A model generated the notes under the pieces. That model was given only the letters and a program-made list of their open reading frames with translations, was not told where the DNA came from and did no database searches. The position numbers and the translations under genes are program-made. A stretch of DNA of 64,000 bases, taken from a virus. This document shows, piece by piece, positions 1-9,097 of this stretch (the stretch's first letter is position 1; every line of letters starts with the position of its first letter). Location of the stretch: positions 1 to 64,000 of IMG/VR virus record IMGVR_UViG_3300022562_001344; one strand, written 5' to 3'.

Positions 1-1098
1 GACCGCGTCGTCGTCGTAGGCGTCCACGGACTCCATAGCGGCCCGGTACTCGGCCTCGAGCGCCGCGTCCGTCCTAATGTCGTCCGGGACGACATACCCG
101 TAGTCGAGCCTCAGGGGCTCGACGTACTGCTCGCAGCGCCTGTGGCGCTGGAGGTCGCGGAACGCGCCGAAGTCCATCATGACCTCGAATGAGATCCTGA
201 CCGTCTTGAACGGTTCCGGGGCCTCCGCGTATTCGGGCCTCCCGTCCATGAACTTGCAGAATGCATCCCAGCTCATCCCATAGCGCTCGGCGAGGATGGC
301 CTCGAAAGAAGTGTGTTCGAGCTCCGGGCTCCGCATGAGATGCGGCCTGTCGATCCGGACGTACGGCGCCGGATTGGATGGGTCGAATTGCTCGTAGAGG
401 GGTCCGATGGACCGGAGCCTAAGCTGGAACCGGTCGGGCTCCGTATGCTTGAGGAGCGCGGGGCAGACCTGCTGGGCCGCCTCATGAAGTCCGCGGCCGA
501 GCTCCCGGAACTCTGGATTCTGATGTCCCTTCAGGGAGGTCATCATGTCCCGGACGTCGCGCATGTTCAGCACGGCCGCCACGTTCGTCCCGGTCCCGGC
601 CGGGAGCAAGTACCGGACGTTGTCGAACGCCCTCGCCTTCACGGTCCGCTTCTCCGGATCCTCGCCGGTGATCTCCGCGACGCGCCGCGTAACCTTCGGG
701 AGCAAGGACTCATATGCGGAGTAGAGCCTCGAGGCGAACTCTTTCATGGTCGGAGGGGCCCCAGGAGGCACCACGAAGGAGTCCCGGCTGAACTCCTGAT
801 ACCTCGTGCTCTTCTCCGAGTACCCCGCCCTCTGCCAGGACTCGATGACCTTCGAAGCGATGATGGAGATGCCCTCGAAGCAGATCGGGACGTTCGCGAG
901 CTCTGCCACCGAGTTGTGTCCATACTGCCCGACCCACTTCTCCTGGAACTTGTCAGCGTCCTCGGCCGTGAGCTCTGCCAAGATAGCCCTTGCGGGCTGG
1001 GGAGAGCGCGAGTACTTCGCGAGTACGGTGGCTTGGACCGCGGGAGGGAGGAGGTTGCCCTCCGGGTCGGTGAGGCAAAAGACATCAGCTTTTCCCAT
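1..1098 (-). CDS. thyX: Flavin-dependent thymidylate synthase, long/duplicated type; runs off the window start (not in the ORF track)
   Basis: Manual minus-strand translation from ATG 1098 gives MGKADVFCL...VLAKYSRSP...YGHNSVAELA, and later DFGAFRDLQRHR (ThyX RHR motif). Confidence 0.88.
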   Translation of the reverse strand, partial: MGKADVFCLTDPEGNLLPPAVQATVLAKYSRSPQPARAILAELTAEDADKFQEKWVGQYGHNSVAELANVPICFEGISIIASKVIESWQRAGYSEKSTRYQEFSRDSFVVPPGAPPTMKEFASRLYSAYESLLPKVTRRVAEITGEDPEKRTVKARAFDNVRYLLPAGTGTNVAAVLNMRDVRDMMTSLKGHQNPEFRELGRGLHEAAQQVCPALLKHTEPDRFQLRLRSIGPLYEQFDPSNPAPYVRIDRPHLMRSPELEHTSFEAILAERYGMSWDAFCKFMDGRPEYAEAPEPFKTVRISFEVMMDFGAFRDLQRHRRCEQYVEPLRLDYGYVVPDDIRTDAALEAEYRAAMESVDAYDDDAV

Positions 1099-1156
1099 GA
1101 ACGAGACCAAACCTTTCAGTCTGAGTGAGGAACTCAGGGCGAGCGTACAACAGCGG

Positions 1157-1696
1157 GTGTCGAAGATTAGGACCCCCTGGTTTGAGGAGCTCCACCGGTT
1201 CGACAGGGTCCCCTCCGGCTTCTTGCCGTGGGAATGCGGCCTGTCTCCGTCCGCTCTCTACAACTGCTCCCTGAAGTGCCGGAAGCAGATGGGTATGAAG
1301 ACCCCGGAGGTCAAGTGGATGAGCATCCGGAGGTGGGTTACGACGACTCCGCTCGGGATCGATCTCCCGCCCGGCGTCTACTTCTCCATCAAGAGGCACG
1401 AGGAGTACTCCGCCCTCCCGATGCCGCGGTTCCTGAAGACCGAGTACGTTCTGCTCATGTTCCCGTACGGGAACGTGTGGAGTCAGGTCGAGCCCGGGGT
1501 CCCGATCAGCGAGGAGTGGATGTGGTCCGAGGCCGGTGGGAAGATGATGTTGGAGCGCCTGATGCGTAGGGACGCGGCTTTCCCGGTGACCGGCTACTTC
1601 AAGGGCGTCCGGGACCTCTTCCTCGCTGAGGACGCGAAGAGGAAGGCCGGCAGGCCTCACATGATCGGGATACATCTGAAGCGCAAACGGGCCTGA
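1157..1696 (+). CDS. Hypothetical protein
   Basis: 3' part of ORF 806..1696; TACAAC + 5 nt + GTG at 1157 is the likely start (ATG 1097 is the alternative). Confidence 0.55.
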   Translation: MSKIRTPWFEELHRFDRVPSGFLPWECGLSPSALYNCSLKCRKQMGMKTPEVKWMSIRRWVTTTPLGIDLPPGVYFSIKRHEEYSALPMPRFLKTEYVLLMFPYGNVWSQVEPGVPISEEWMWSEAGGKMMLERLMRRDAAFPVTGYFKGVRDLFLAEDAKRKAGRPHMIGIHLKRKRA

Positions 1697-1697
1697 G

Positions 1698-1946
1698 TCA
1701 GCGCGACACGACCACCCACGGGATGGTCCGCGCGGTCCTGGCCGACTCCTCTATTCTCAGGTCGACGTCCTGCTCGTGGCTCCGCGCGAACTTCAGTTCG
1801 ACCAGAGGCGTCTGTCCCGACCTGGACTCCGCCCGGGCGTGCTCGAACATCTCGATCTCCTTGGCCCCGGCATACACGGTGCACCCGCCGGGGCCAAGAA
1901 CGATGGTCACAGTCCCTTCCTCGAAGACGCGGGGCGCGTCCATCAC
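1698..1946 (-). CDS. Hypothetical protein, coupled downstream of purZ
   Basis: 82-aa ORF whose start overlaps the purZ stop. Confidence 0.6.
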   Translation of the reverse strand: MMDAPRVFEEGTVTIVLGPGGCTVYAGAKEIEMFEHARAESRSGQTPLVELKFARSHEQDVDLRIEESARTARTIPWVVVSR

Positions 1947-3106
1947 AGGAGGCTGACCACGTCGTCGTGGTCGGGGCCCGTCCCGATGAGGACGACGGGG
2001 ACGCCAGCCTCCGCCTCGATCCGGTCGATCATGGCCCTGGTCTTGCTCGAGAGCTTGTAGAAGGCCTCGCGGCCCCCCTTGAGGCCGTGGTCGGCCCAGT
2101 CGAGGTACTGGACGAAGTTCAGGGCGAGCTTGGTGGCCCCGTTGACCTTCACGGCGTCCTTGAGGCCTTCGTAGCTGAACGTGCAGACACGGCGAATGCG
2201 CTTGGTCACGGTCGTGCGCTCCCGTTCCGCGAGTGCCCTGGCCTCAGCCTCAGGCATCCCGGACTCCGCGGCGACCTGCTCCCAGGTCAGCTCCCTGCAG
2301 TCGGGGTAGAAGCCGCCGGAGTACCCGACTTGTTTCCCGTCCTCCACGACGTTTCCGACGCGGATGGGAAACGTCCTGAGGTTGAGGTACACGTCCCCGA
2401 CGAGGCCTGGTGGGACGGCCATGTGGTCCATCGCCGCCTGCGCCGTGCAGTTCCTGCTCGTGCAGAACGGGTAGTGGGATCCGTGGTCGATGGAAAGGGC
2501 GAAGCCCTGGGATCCCTCGTGCAGCCACGTGTCCCCGTTCCCCATGGCGGACCAAGTCATGTCCCGGAACGCGGCGGGGTCGACGATCGTGACGCGGTCG
2601 TCCGCGTCGAGGCCCTCGAACGCTTTGCGCATGCTCTCCTCGTCGTTCCACGCGAGGACGCAGTCCGCCTTCCTGAGGACCTTGTCCGCGATAGCGGTCC
2701 CGGACCCCTGCATGGTGGACGCGACGTGCTTCGTGGACTCGTTGCCCTCGCGCTCCCTGCGCGCGTGGTCGTCCGTGACGATGGAGGCCCGGCCATGGAC
2801 GTAGATCCTGGGTCTCCCGGCTTGGCCCCACTCGAGCGCGACGCGCTCCCACGAGAATCCGGACCCGGGGGACAGCCAGCAGGTCATGCCCATCCCGCGG
2901 ACCTTCTTGAGGATCGCGGCGGTCGGGATCGCCTTTGCCACGAAGGTGGTCCCGTCGGAGAAGCGGGACGTGTGCCCGGCGTTCGGGAAGTTCGAGGAGG
3001 AGACCCGGGTCACGCTGAACTTGTCTGCGAGCCAGGTCGCCATCTTTCCCTTTCCTGAGCTCCCCCAAAACCCGTCCAGCAAGATGTTGAATTTGCCTCT
3101 TTGCAT
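1943..3106 (-). CDS. purZ: PurZ-type adenylosuccinate synthetase homolog (2-aminoadenine pathway)
   Basis: DGFWGSSGKG (Ser where PurA has the catalytic Asp), NFPNAGHT, STMQGSG, EGSQG, YPFCTSR, FPIRVG, TTVTKRIRRV, LNFVQYL, GTGP; GAAAGG RBS before ATG 3106. Confidence 0.85.
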   Translation of the reverse strand: MQRGKFNILLDGFWGSSGKGKMATWLADKFSVTRVSSSNFPNAGHTSRFSDGTTFVAKAIPTAAILKKVRGMGMTCWLSPGSGFSWERVALEWGQAGRPRIYVHGRASIVTDDHARREREGNESTKHVASTMQGSGTAIADKVLRKADCVLAWNDEESMRKAFEGLDADDRVTIVDPAAFRDMTWSAMGNGDTWLHEGSQGFALSIDHGSHYPFCTSRNCTAQAAMDHMAVPPGLVGDVYLNLRTFPIRVGNVVEDGKQVGYSGGFYPDCRELTWEQVAAESGMPEAEARALAERERTTVTKRIRRVCTFSYEGLKDAVKVNGATKLALNFVQYLDWADHGLKGGREAFYKLSSKTRAMIDRIEAEAGVPVVLIGTGPDHDDVVSLL

Positions 3107-3116
3107 TGTCTGCCTT

Positions 3117-3407
3117 TCAGTTCGGCCTGAACGTCCTCGCCCAGTTCGCGACATTCCTCGCCTGGAAGTCGTGGGTCGGGAGCCAGCGGATCTTACGCGC
3201 GGCCGGCAGCCGGTCCGGGGCGAGTTCATGGATGGTTTGGAGGAACGCGAAGAAGAACGACCCGACCAGCGTCTCCGGCGGGACGCCCCTCACGTCTACC
3301 TCGAGCCCGTCCAGGTCGTCTCCCTGACGAAGGAGCTCCCGGGCGAGCCGGCAGCCCTCGTCCGGCGGGAAGTCGGATCCGATCCGGAGGCAGTACCGGC
3401 GCGACAC
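3117..3407 (-). CDS. Small STAS-like protein
   Basis: LEVDVRGV...LVGSFFFAF pattern; TAATGT + 5 nt + GTG at 3407. Confidence 0.45.
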   Translation of the reverse strand: MSRRYCLRIGSDFPPDEGCRLARELLRQGDDLDGLEVDVRGVPPETLVGSFFFAFLQTIHELAPDRLPAARKIRWLPTHDFQARNVANWARTFRPN

Positions 3408-3427
3408 GCCGGACATTACGCGAAAGC

Positions 3428-4147
3428 CTAGTCATTCGGCCGGAACGTCTCCGTCTCCACGGAGGACACCCTGGCTCTATCCCTCTCGCGCAGGATCTTC
3501 CTGAGGTCCCGGGCCTCCGCGTACTTGGCAATGGAGTACTCTGGCTTTTCCGGATCGCCGAGCGCGACGAGCCGCGCGCCCATGACCTCTTTCGGCGTGT
3601 ACTGCCTGCCCACGAGCTGGAGCTGCTTCCGGCGCTTCACGCGGTTTGCCCACCGCATCTCCAACATCCTTCGTACGGCCTTCTCGCTCACGAATTGGAT
3701 CCTAAGAGTCAGGTCGACCGGGATCTTTCTGTTGAGCCGTAGTGACATTCGGCAAGCGTAGTCGCAGCCGAGTGCGAACGCCTCCTGGAACGAGCTCGCC
3801 CGGAGGAGGACGTGGGACAGCCGGAATTTCGGAGGGAACATCGCCCTCCATATCTTCGTCCTGGGCCTGTCCTTGGCCGTCGGCCCGAGGAGTCGGCCTA
3901 GGGTCTCCTCCCGGTAGCCAGGAAATGCGAGGCACATGGCGGCATCGTAGAGCTGGTCGAACCTCGTCTTCCCCGCCCGGCCCGCCGGCGCGGGGACCCA
4001 CTCGAGGAGGTCGAGCGGGATGGCGTTGTTCTCGATGAGCTCCCGGAGCATCACACGGACGTACTCCCGTTCCTTCGGGCTCGACACTCTCCTCACGAAC
4101 GCCTCGAGCCTTCTCTGGTTCGGCCCGCTGTCCGGCTTCTTCACCAT
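3428..4147 (-). CDS. Basic hypothetical protein
   Basis: 239-aa ORF, in-strand with the purZ cluster. Confidence 0.65.
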   Translation of the reverse strand: MVKKPDSGPNQRRLEAFVRRVSSPKEREYVRVMLRELIENNAIPLDLLEWVPAPAGRAGKTRFDQLYDAAMCLAFPGYREETLGRLLGPTAKDRPRTKIWRAMFPPKFRLSHVLLRASSFQEAFALGCDYACRMSLRLNRKIPVDLTLRIQFVSEKAVRRMLEMRWANRVKRRKQLQLVGRQYTPKEVMGARLVALGDPEKPEYSIAKYAEARDLRKILRERDRARVSSVETETFRPND

Positions 4148-4379
4148 GTCCCGGGCCCACCGTATCGGTCTTCCGTGACGAACGGATGTCGTCGACTGTA
4201 GGGTGGCCTCCGCATGGGATGGACCGAGGTATCCTTCCGGGCGTCCGAAGCCCGACGAGGCACCTGCGAGGGGGCGCCCCCTCGGACCGTGGGGCTCCGG
4301 CCCCAGGACGGAGGCGTCACCCCGTTCCCGCAGTGGACGGAGGCTTTGATCCAGAAGACCTGAGACCGGGGATGGGCTC

Positions 4380-4407
4380 GGGTCCCAGTCCGAAGGGTCC
4401 CAGTCCG
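4380..4407. repeat. Direct repeat GGGTCCCAGTCCG x2, 15-nt period
   Basis: Copies at 4380-4392 and 4395-4407 in a divergent intergenic region. Confidence 0.8.
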
Positions 4408-4506
4408 TTGGTCGTAGCCGGCTTTGCCGTTGCCCCTTCCTCCAGGAGATCCTTCTCCTAAACCGGTCTTTTTTCCATCCATCCTCATGCTTTTTCAGAG
4501 GCGAAC

Positions 4507-4869
4507 GTGCAGAACCAGGCAGCAGAGCGAGCGAAGCGAGCGGAGCAGGTAGATGCGGAGCAGCGTCGTAAGGCAGCGCCAGAGGTGCCGGATTCGGGCC
4601 AGATGGGCTCAGGAAACGTCCGGACTGTTTTCGTGTTCCTGGACTTGCCGGTCCATTGCGAGTTCAGGGCGATCACCATGCCCCTCATGCCGGAGGGGAC
4701 GGTGATCGAGTTTGACGACATGAAGGTTCGGGGGCCAGAAGGGCGCCCTGGACGCGAATGGACGGTCTCCGGGCCGTATCGGGTCGCTCGCAGGAAGTGC
4801 GTGTACTCCTCCGGGCGCCCATCCTTGTCCGGACTCACTCAGTACCTCGAAATGAGGCAGGTGACCTAG
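4507..4869 (+). CDS. Hypothetical protein (start uncertain)
   Basis: ORF with a globular-looking C-terminal ~90 aa. Confidence 0.55.
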   Translation: MQNQAAERAKRAEQVDAEQRRKAAPEVPDSGQMGSGNVRTVFVFLDLPVHCEFRAITMPLMPEGTVIEFDDMKVRGPEGRPGREWTVSGPYRVARRKCVYSSGRPSLSGLTQYLEMRQVT

Positions 4870-4993
4870 CAACCTCCCTAAACTTTTAAATCAGGCTGCC
4901 GGTCACGGGCTTAAAACCTGCCTGCGTCCCCGCCGCCTGGGATCTGTGCCCCTACGCTCGATCCCGGGCCGTTCGGACGAACGGAGAAGAGAA

Positions 4994-5875
4994 ATGAGTC
5001 GTCACATTTCAAGGTTCATCATGCTCACAGCGTCCCTCCTGGCGCTGCAGCTCCTGCTCCTGTCGGCGCCCCTTCGTGCCGAGGAGTCCCTCCAGCGGCA
5101 CCCCGTCCCGTCGGTCGCGGTCACCTCCCTACACCAGTGGCTCACCGACCGGATGCTCTCCTGGATGCCTCCGGGCCGCTCCTACGTCCCGGCGGCGAAG
5201 GAGACTCCGGATGAGGGGAAGGCGAGGTATGAGGAGATCGCGGACTCGATGATCTCGGTCGTCTATGACCCGGCGGAGAAGCCGATCTTTACCGGGAAGT
5301 ATGGGCGGGCGAAGACCCTCGCCCTCGTGGCTTCCGTCTCCTGGTTCGAGAGTGGGTACCGCAAGGACGTGGACTTCGGGCGGGGCGCCCTCGGACGCGG
5401 GGACCACGGGCAGTCCTGGTGCATGATGCAGATCATGCTCGGAAAGACGAGCCCGAAGACCGGCGGGACGAAGAGCCGCGTTTTCCTGACCGCGGACTCT
5501 TTCAAGATCGTTCATCCCGGGGATCCTCGTTGGGCCTCGGCCTACGGTGGGGAGGACCTTGTCCAGGACCGCCAGAAGTGCTTCCGGACCGGCCTCCACC
5601 TCCTCAGGAACTCCTTCAGGGCTTGCCGGAACCTACCGGTCGAAGATCGCCTCGGGGTCTATGGTTCCGGCAGGTGCCAGGCCGGCTGGAAGGACGGCCG
5701 CTACCGGGTCAAGAAAGCCCAGCGCTGGCTCGCCTCTGGGAAGCCTCCGCTGACCGACGCGGACGCCTTGAAGCTTCTTCGTCCCGCCTCCCCGGAGCCC
5801 GGGGTCGCACCCGGACGGGAGGCTCTCCTGCCCCCCGTCATGAGCCCGCGCCTCGCTATGTCGCTTCGCTACTGA
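4994..5875 (+). CDS. Secreted lytic transglycosylase (SLT/lysozyme-like), candidate endolysin
   Basis: Signal peptide (LLALQLLLLSAPLRA), catalytic FESGY, GDHGQSWCMMQI (GLMQ-like); GGAGA RBS. Confidence 0.65.
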   Translation: MSRHISRFIMLTASLLALQLLLLSAPLRAEESLQRHPVPSVAVTSLHQWLTDRMLSWMPPGRSYVPAAKETPDEGKARYEEIADSMISVVYDPAEKPIFTGKYGRAKTLALVASVSWFESGYRKDVDFGRGALGRGDHGQSWCMMQIMLGKTSPKTGGTKSRVFLTADSFKIVHPGDPRWASAYGGEDLVQDRQKCFRTGLHLLRNSFRACRNLPVEDRLGVYGSGRCQAGWKDGRYRVKKAQRWLASGKPPLTDADALKLLRPASPEPGVAPGREALLPPVMSPRLAMSLRY

Positions 5876-5904
5876 GAGGACTTCACGGAGGGGGTCTGGC
5901 GTGG

Positions 5905-5995
5905 TAGAGTGTGATGTTGGACGTCGCGGCGGAAGTCTTCGCCGCGACACTTTAACTCCGTTAAGTCGGCGAGGCGTTCGCCGCGTGGAGGCGCA
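5905..5995 (+). promoter_or_regulatory. -10 box and structured 5' leader of the sigma-DnaA_C gene
   Basis: TAGAGT 5905-5910; stem GTCGCGGCG 5923-5931 / CGCCGCGAC 5940-5948; GGAGG RBS. Confidence 0.5.
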
Positions 5996-7495
5996 ATGAA
6001 GTACGTACCCGTCCCTATCCCGAGCAGCGTGTCCTTTCTTCCGCAGTGGAACCCATGGATCCACTCGAAGGTCTCCAAACACTTCAAGCGCGACAAGGAG
6101 AGGATCGCGGACACGGTTCAGAACGTGCGCCTTCGCCTCCTGCAGAAGGACTTCATTGGGCGCTGGTTCTTCAAGCACCTCAAGGACGAGGTCGTGGACC
6201 TCGCCGAGGCCCGGCGCATCTTGGGCGGCGCCCAGGTCACTTTCATCGGTCAGATCCCGTCTCTGGACGTCCCGAACGAGGACTGTCAGGAGCCGAAGTG
6301 CGTCGCCAGGCGCCGGCGCGGCCTTGGTTGCTCCAGGGCCTGCCCGAAGTCCCTCTGGCGCGTCTCGGACCTTCTCGCGTACGCCAAGTTCGACTACGAG
6401 CGCTATTATTACTCGCCCCAGGGACACACCATCGACAGCGAGCGCGTATTGCGCCTCATCGGGTATCCGCCCGGCTCGTTCGTCCCGGCCCATGAGTGTT
6501 CCGGGGACGGCTGCCAGGGGTGCAAGGCAACGGCTCACGTCCCCGGTGCCTACGCCATCCTCGAGTCCATGTACCGACAGAACCGGCTCAAGCCGGCGGA
6601 GCTGACCGAGCACGAGTGCAGCCATACCTCGTCCTGCGTCGGCTGCGAGCACGGCCGGGCTTTGTTGAAGTCCCGGGGGCTCTCCCTCGCCGATCGTTGG
6701 GACGACGCCCCGCAGGCGGCGTCGAAGCTTCGCTGGAATGACGCCCAGCTGATTCCCTTCCTTCGCCGGTGGCGCGGGACGAACGCCGTCTACGAGCCGC
6801 CCCAATACATCATGCGCCGGCCCGACGAGGACGGAGCGGTCCTTGGGATCGATGCCGGGCTGCTGAAGTACGTCGAGATCATCATCAACAACGAGGTCGT
6901 CAACGACTTCAAGCGGATGTCCCGGTCCGACGACGTGACGCGCGGCGTCTTCAACAAGGGGCTCTCCCCCGAGTTCTCAAACTCTGACCTCGTCGCCTTC
7001 GAGAATGAAGAGGGAGAGGAGCGCCCCCGTCAGGTGTTTAGAGATCTCTCCTCCCTCGACGGCTTTAGCGAGCTTGAGAACAAGCACGATGTCCGGTCCC
7101 TGATCGAGGAGGCCGGCCTTACGGAGGAGGAACGGGACGCCATCATGTCCGTGGAGCTCATGGAGATGACCGTCCGCCAATACGCCGAGAAGGCCGGCGT
7201 CCCGGTCCCGCGCGTCCACCGGGTGCGGGCCTCCGCCATGAGGAAGCTCCGCGGCGACTCCGACGCTGTTGCCGACGAGGTCGCCGAGGCTGTCTGCGAC
7301 CGGCACGGGTGCTCCGTCGAGGATCTTTCCTCGAGCCAGGTCGTCGGTCCGTGCGTCATCGCCAGGGCCGAGGTCTTCTCCGCGCTCTTCGACCGCGGGA
7401 TGAGCGTCCAGGCCATCGCGGTTCACTTCGGGTGTAGCGAGGACCGCGTCGCGGCTGCCATCAACCGCATGTGCCTCCGCGAGATGCGGGTCTAG
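5996..7495 (+). CDS. Divergent sigma70-like factor with Cys-rich inserts and a C-terminal DnaA domain IV-like HTH
   Basis: Region 2-like IADTVQNVRLRLL; region 4 LTEEERDAI...MTVRQYAEKAGVPVPRVHRVRASAMRKLR; tail VAEAVCDRHGCSVEDL...ARAEVF...MSVQAIAVHFG. Confidence 0.65.
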   Translation: MKYVPVPIPSSVSFLPQWNPWIHSKVSKHFKRDKERIADTVQNVRLRLLQKDFIGRWFFKHLKDEVVDLAEARRILGGAQVTFIGQIPSLDVPNEDCQEPKCVARRRRGLGCSRACPKSLWRVSDLLAYAKFDYERYYYSPQGHTIDSERVLRLIGYPPGSFVPAHECSGDGCQGCKATAHVPGAYAILESMYRQNRLKPAELTEHECSHTSSCVGCEHGRALLKSRGLSLADRWDDAPQAASKLRWNDAQLIPFLRRWRGTNAVYEPPQYIMRRPDEDGAVLGIDAGLLKYVEIIINNEVVNDFKRMSRSDDVTRGVFNKGLSPEFSNSDLVAFENEEGEERPRQVFRDLSSLDGFSELENKHDVRSLIEEAGLTEEERDAIMSVELMEMTVRQYAEKAGVPVPRVHRVRASAMRKLRGDSDAVADEVAEAVCDRHGCSVEDLSSSQVVGPCVIARAEVFSALFDRGMSVQAIAVHFGCSEDRVAAAINRMCLREMRV

Positions 7496-7530
7496 GCCGT
7501 CCGTAGCCCTTTTTTCGTTCGCGGCTCACG

Positions 7531-8751
7531 ATGGCCCCTCCGCGTGTCGCGAACTCCATACGCTTGATCCTGGCCATGTTCCGCCTGTATGCGGACATCG
7601 AGGCCGGGTTCGGGAAGGCCGTGCTCGACATCCTGAAGAAGCAGTATCCGGACCAGGACGTCGACGCCGATCCGAGCCAGGTCGGCCACAAGCTGATGGC
7701 CATCGCCAGGAAGCAGCTCCAGGGCAGCGATCAGGACGCCATGGATGCCGTCCAGAACCTGCTCACCTACTTGACGACCGGGTCCCAACACGAGACCGAC
7801 GAAAGGGGCGTGATCAAGAGGGACCCGGAGACGGGGGAGCCTATCGAGAGGAAGGAGGCGAAGCCCTGGGACTTCGCCAAGGACTCGGATACCTGGCAGA
7901 AGGCTCTGGACAAGATCTACAGTAACCTCAAGACCACCGCCATGGGCGGGTCGATGTCGAAGATGCGCCGCACGAAGAAAGAGCGGACCATCGAGGAGGC
8001 ATTCGGCCGGAGGCCCGAGGGCGGCGGCGCGCCGGAGGGCGGCGAAGAGCGCATGCCGACCGGCGACGAGACCCTTCTCGGAAAGGCCCTGGACGACAAG
8101 GCGGCGGTCAAGGAGTTCATCGACCTCATCGACGAGCACAAGGACGACATGCGCGCCTCGTTCTCGGATGACACGAGGAAGCTCTTCGACCTCATCTTCG
8201 AAGACGAGATCGGGGACTTCGGCTCCGACGTCAAGGCGAACATGGGTCAGGCCACGGCCCTGAAAGAGAAACATCCGGAGCTGTATGAGGCCAACGCCAA
8301 GCGCTGGTCCGGGTTCGTCGGGGACCTCCGCAAGAAGCTGCTGAAGGAGATCTGGGACTACATCGAGAACGAGATGTCCCACAACGACTTCGTGCGCCTG
8401 CGGGACCAATTCTTCGCCGACGTCGACCCCTCCGCCGTCCGCAAGATGGAGCGCAAGAAGGAGGAGGAGAAGACCTCCTACCAGCGCATGCTGGACGAGA
8501 ACAAGGTCGCTCGCCTCAAGGCGAAGCAGGAGAAGGAGGGCGAGCTGTCCGGGAAGGACAAGAAGGACCTCGAACGCCTCTCCGAGCGCTTGAAAGAGCA
8601 GGGCGTGGACGTTGAGGCCATTAAGCCGGACGAGAACGCCGGAGCCGCCGGGAAGCGCAAGAAGAAGGACGAGGACCTGCAGCAGGTCGCGTCTGTTATG
8701 GCTGCGGCGATGCAGATCTCCTCCTTCCGGTTCCGTCCGGCGTGGGTGTGA
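7531..8751 (+). CDS. ECF sigma-like protein, possibly virion-associated
   Basis: LMAIARKQLQGSDQDAMDAVQNLL resembles ECF region 2; SDDTRKLFDLIF resembles the start of region 4; N-terminal RVA and C-terminal QVAS motifs. Confidence 0.5.
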   Translation: MAPPRVANSIRLILAMFRLYADIEAGFGKAVLDILKKQYPDQDVDADPSQVGHKLMAIARKQLQGSDQDAMDAVQNLLTYLTTGSQHETDERGVIKRDPETGEPIERKEAKPWDFAKDSDTWQKALDKIYSNLKTTAMGGSMSKMRRTKKERTIEEAFGRRPEGGGAPEGGEERMPTGDETLLGKALDDKAAVKEFIDLIDEHKDDMRASFSDDTRKLFDLIFEDEIGDFGSDVKANMGQATALKEKHPELYEANAKRWSGFVGDLRKKLLKEIWDYIENEMSHNDFVRLRDQFFADVDPSAVRKMERKKEEEKTSYQRMLDENKVARLKAKQEKEGELSGKDKKDLERLSERLKEQGVDVEAIKPDENAGAAGKRKKKDEDLQQVASVMAAAMQISSFRFRPAWV

Positions 8752-8752
8752 C

Positions 8753-9097
8753 GTGTCCCTGGAGGGGAACCAGGGCGACCGCTTCACGGGCGATCCGTCC
8801 AACCGAAGGCTGCGACCGATAACGCGGGAGTACGCCCTCCTGAATGTGCCGAGGATCGTGCTGCTGATGAAGAGGCGTCAGCTCAGCATAAGCCGGGGCC
8901 AGTCCCGTGAGGTCCTTCCTGTCTTCTTGCTGTTCCGCGACAGGCATCCGGAGGACCGGTGGACTCTCCTCGAGGAGGACTTCCTGCGTGTGAAGCAGGT
9001 CGCCTCTCAGGTCGACGTGAGACTTTTTCCGTCCGAGTCGGTTCAGTCCGTCCTTGCCAGGATCCGGGCGGTTGTCCAGGTAGAGTGGCCCCCATGA
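8753..9097 (+). CDS. Hypothetical protein
   Basis: GTG just after the upstream stop, in frame with ORF 8612..9097. Confidence 0.55.
   Translation: MSLEGNQGDRFTGDPSNRRLRPITREYALLNVPRIVLLMKRRQLSISRGQSREVLPVFLLFRDRHPEDRWTLLEEDFLRVKQVASQVDVRLFPSESVQSVLARIRAVVQVEWPP

Noticed and set aside
1096-1099. Head-to-head genes sharing a CATG start (also at 46605-46608)
   Set aside because: Better starts with -10 + 5 nt spacing exist at 1157 (+) and 46547 (-), which removes the overlaps
1943-3106. Ordinary PurA
   Set aside because: Lacks the GDEGKG Asp and the TKLD motif; the motif set fits PurZ better
4862-4993. Known riboswitch upstream of the transglycosylase
   Set aside because: Hairpins are present but I could match no known aptamer consensus
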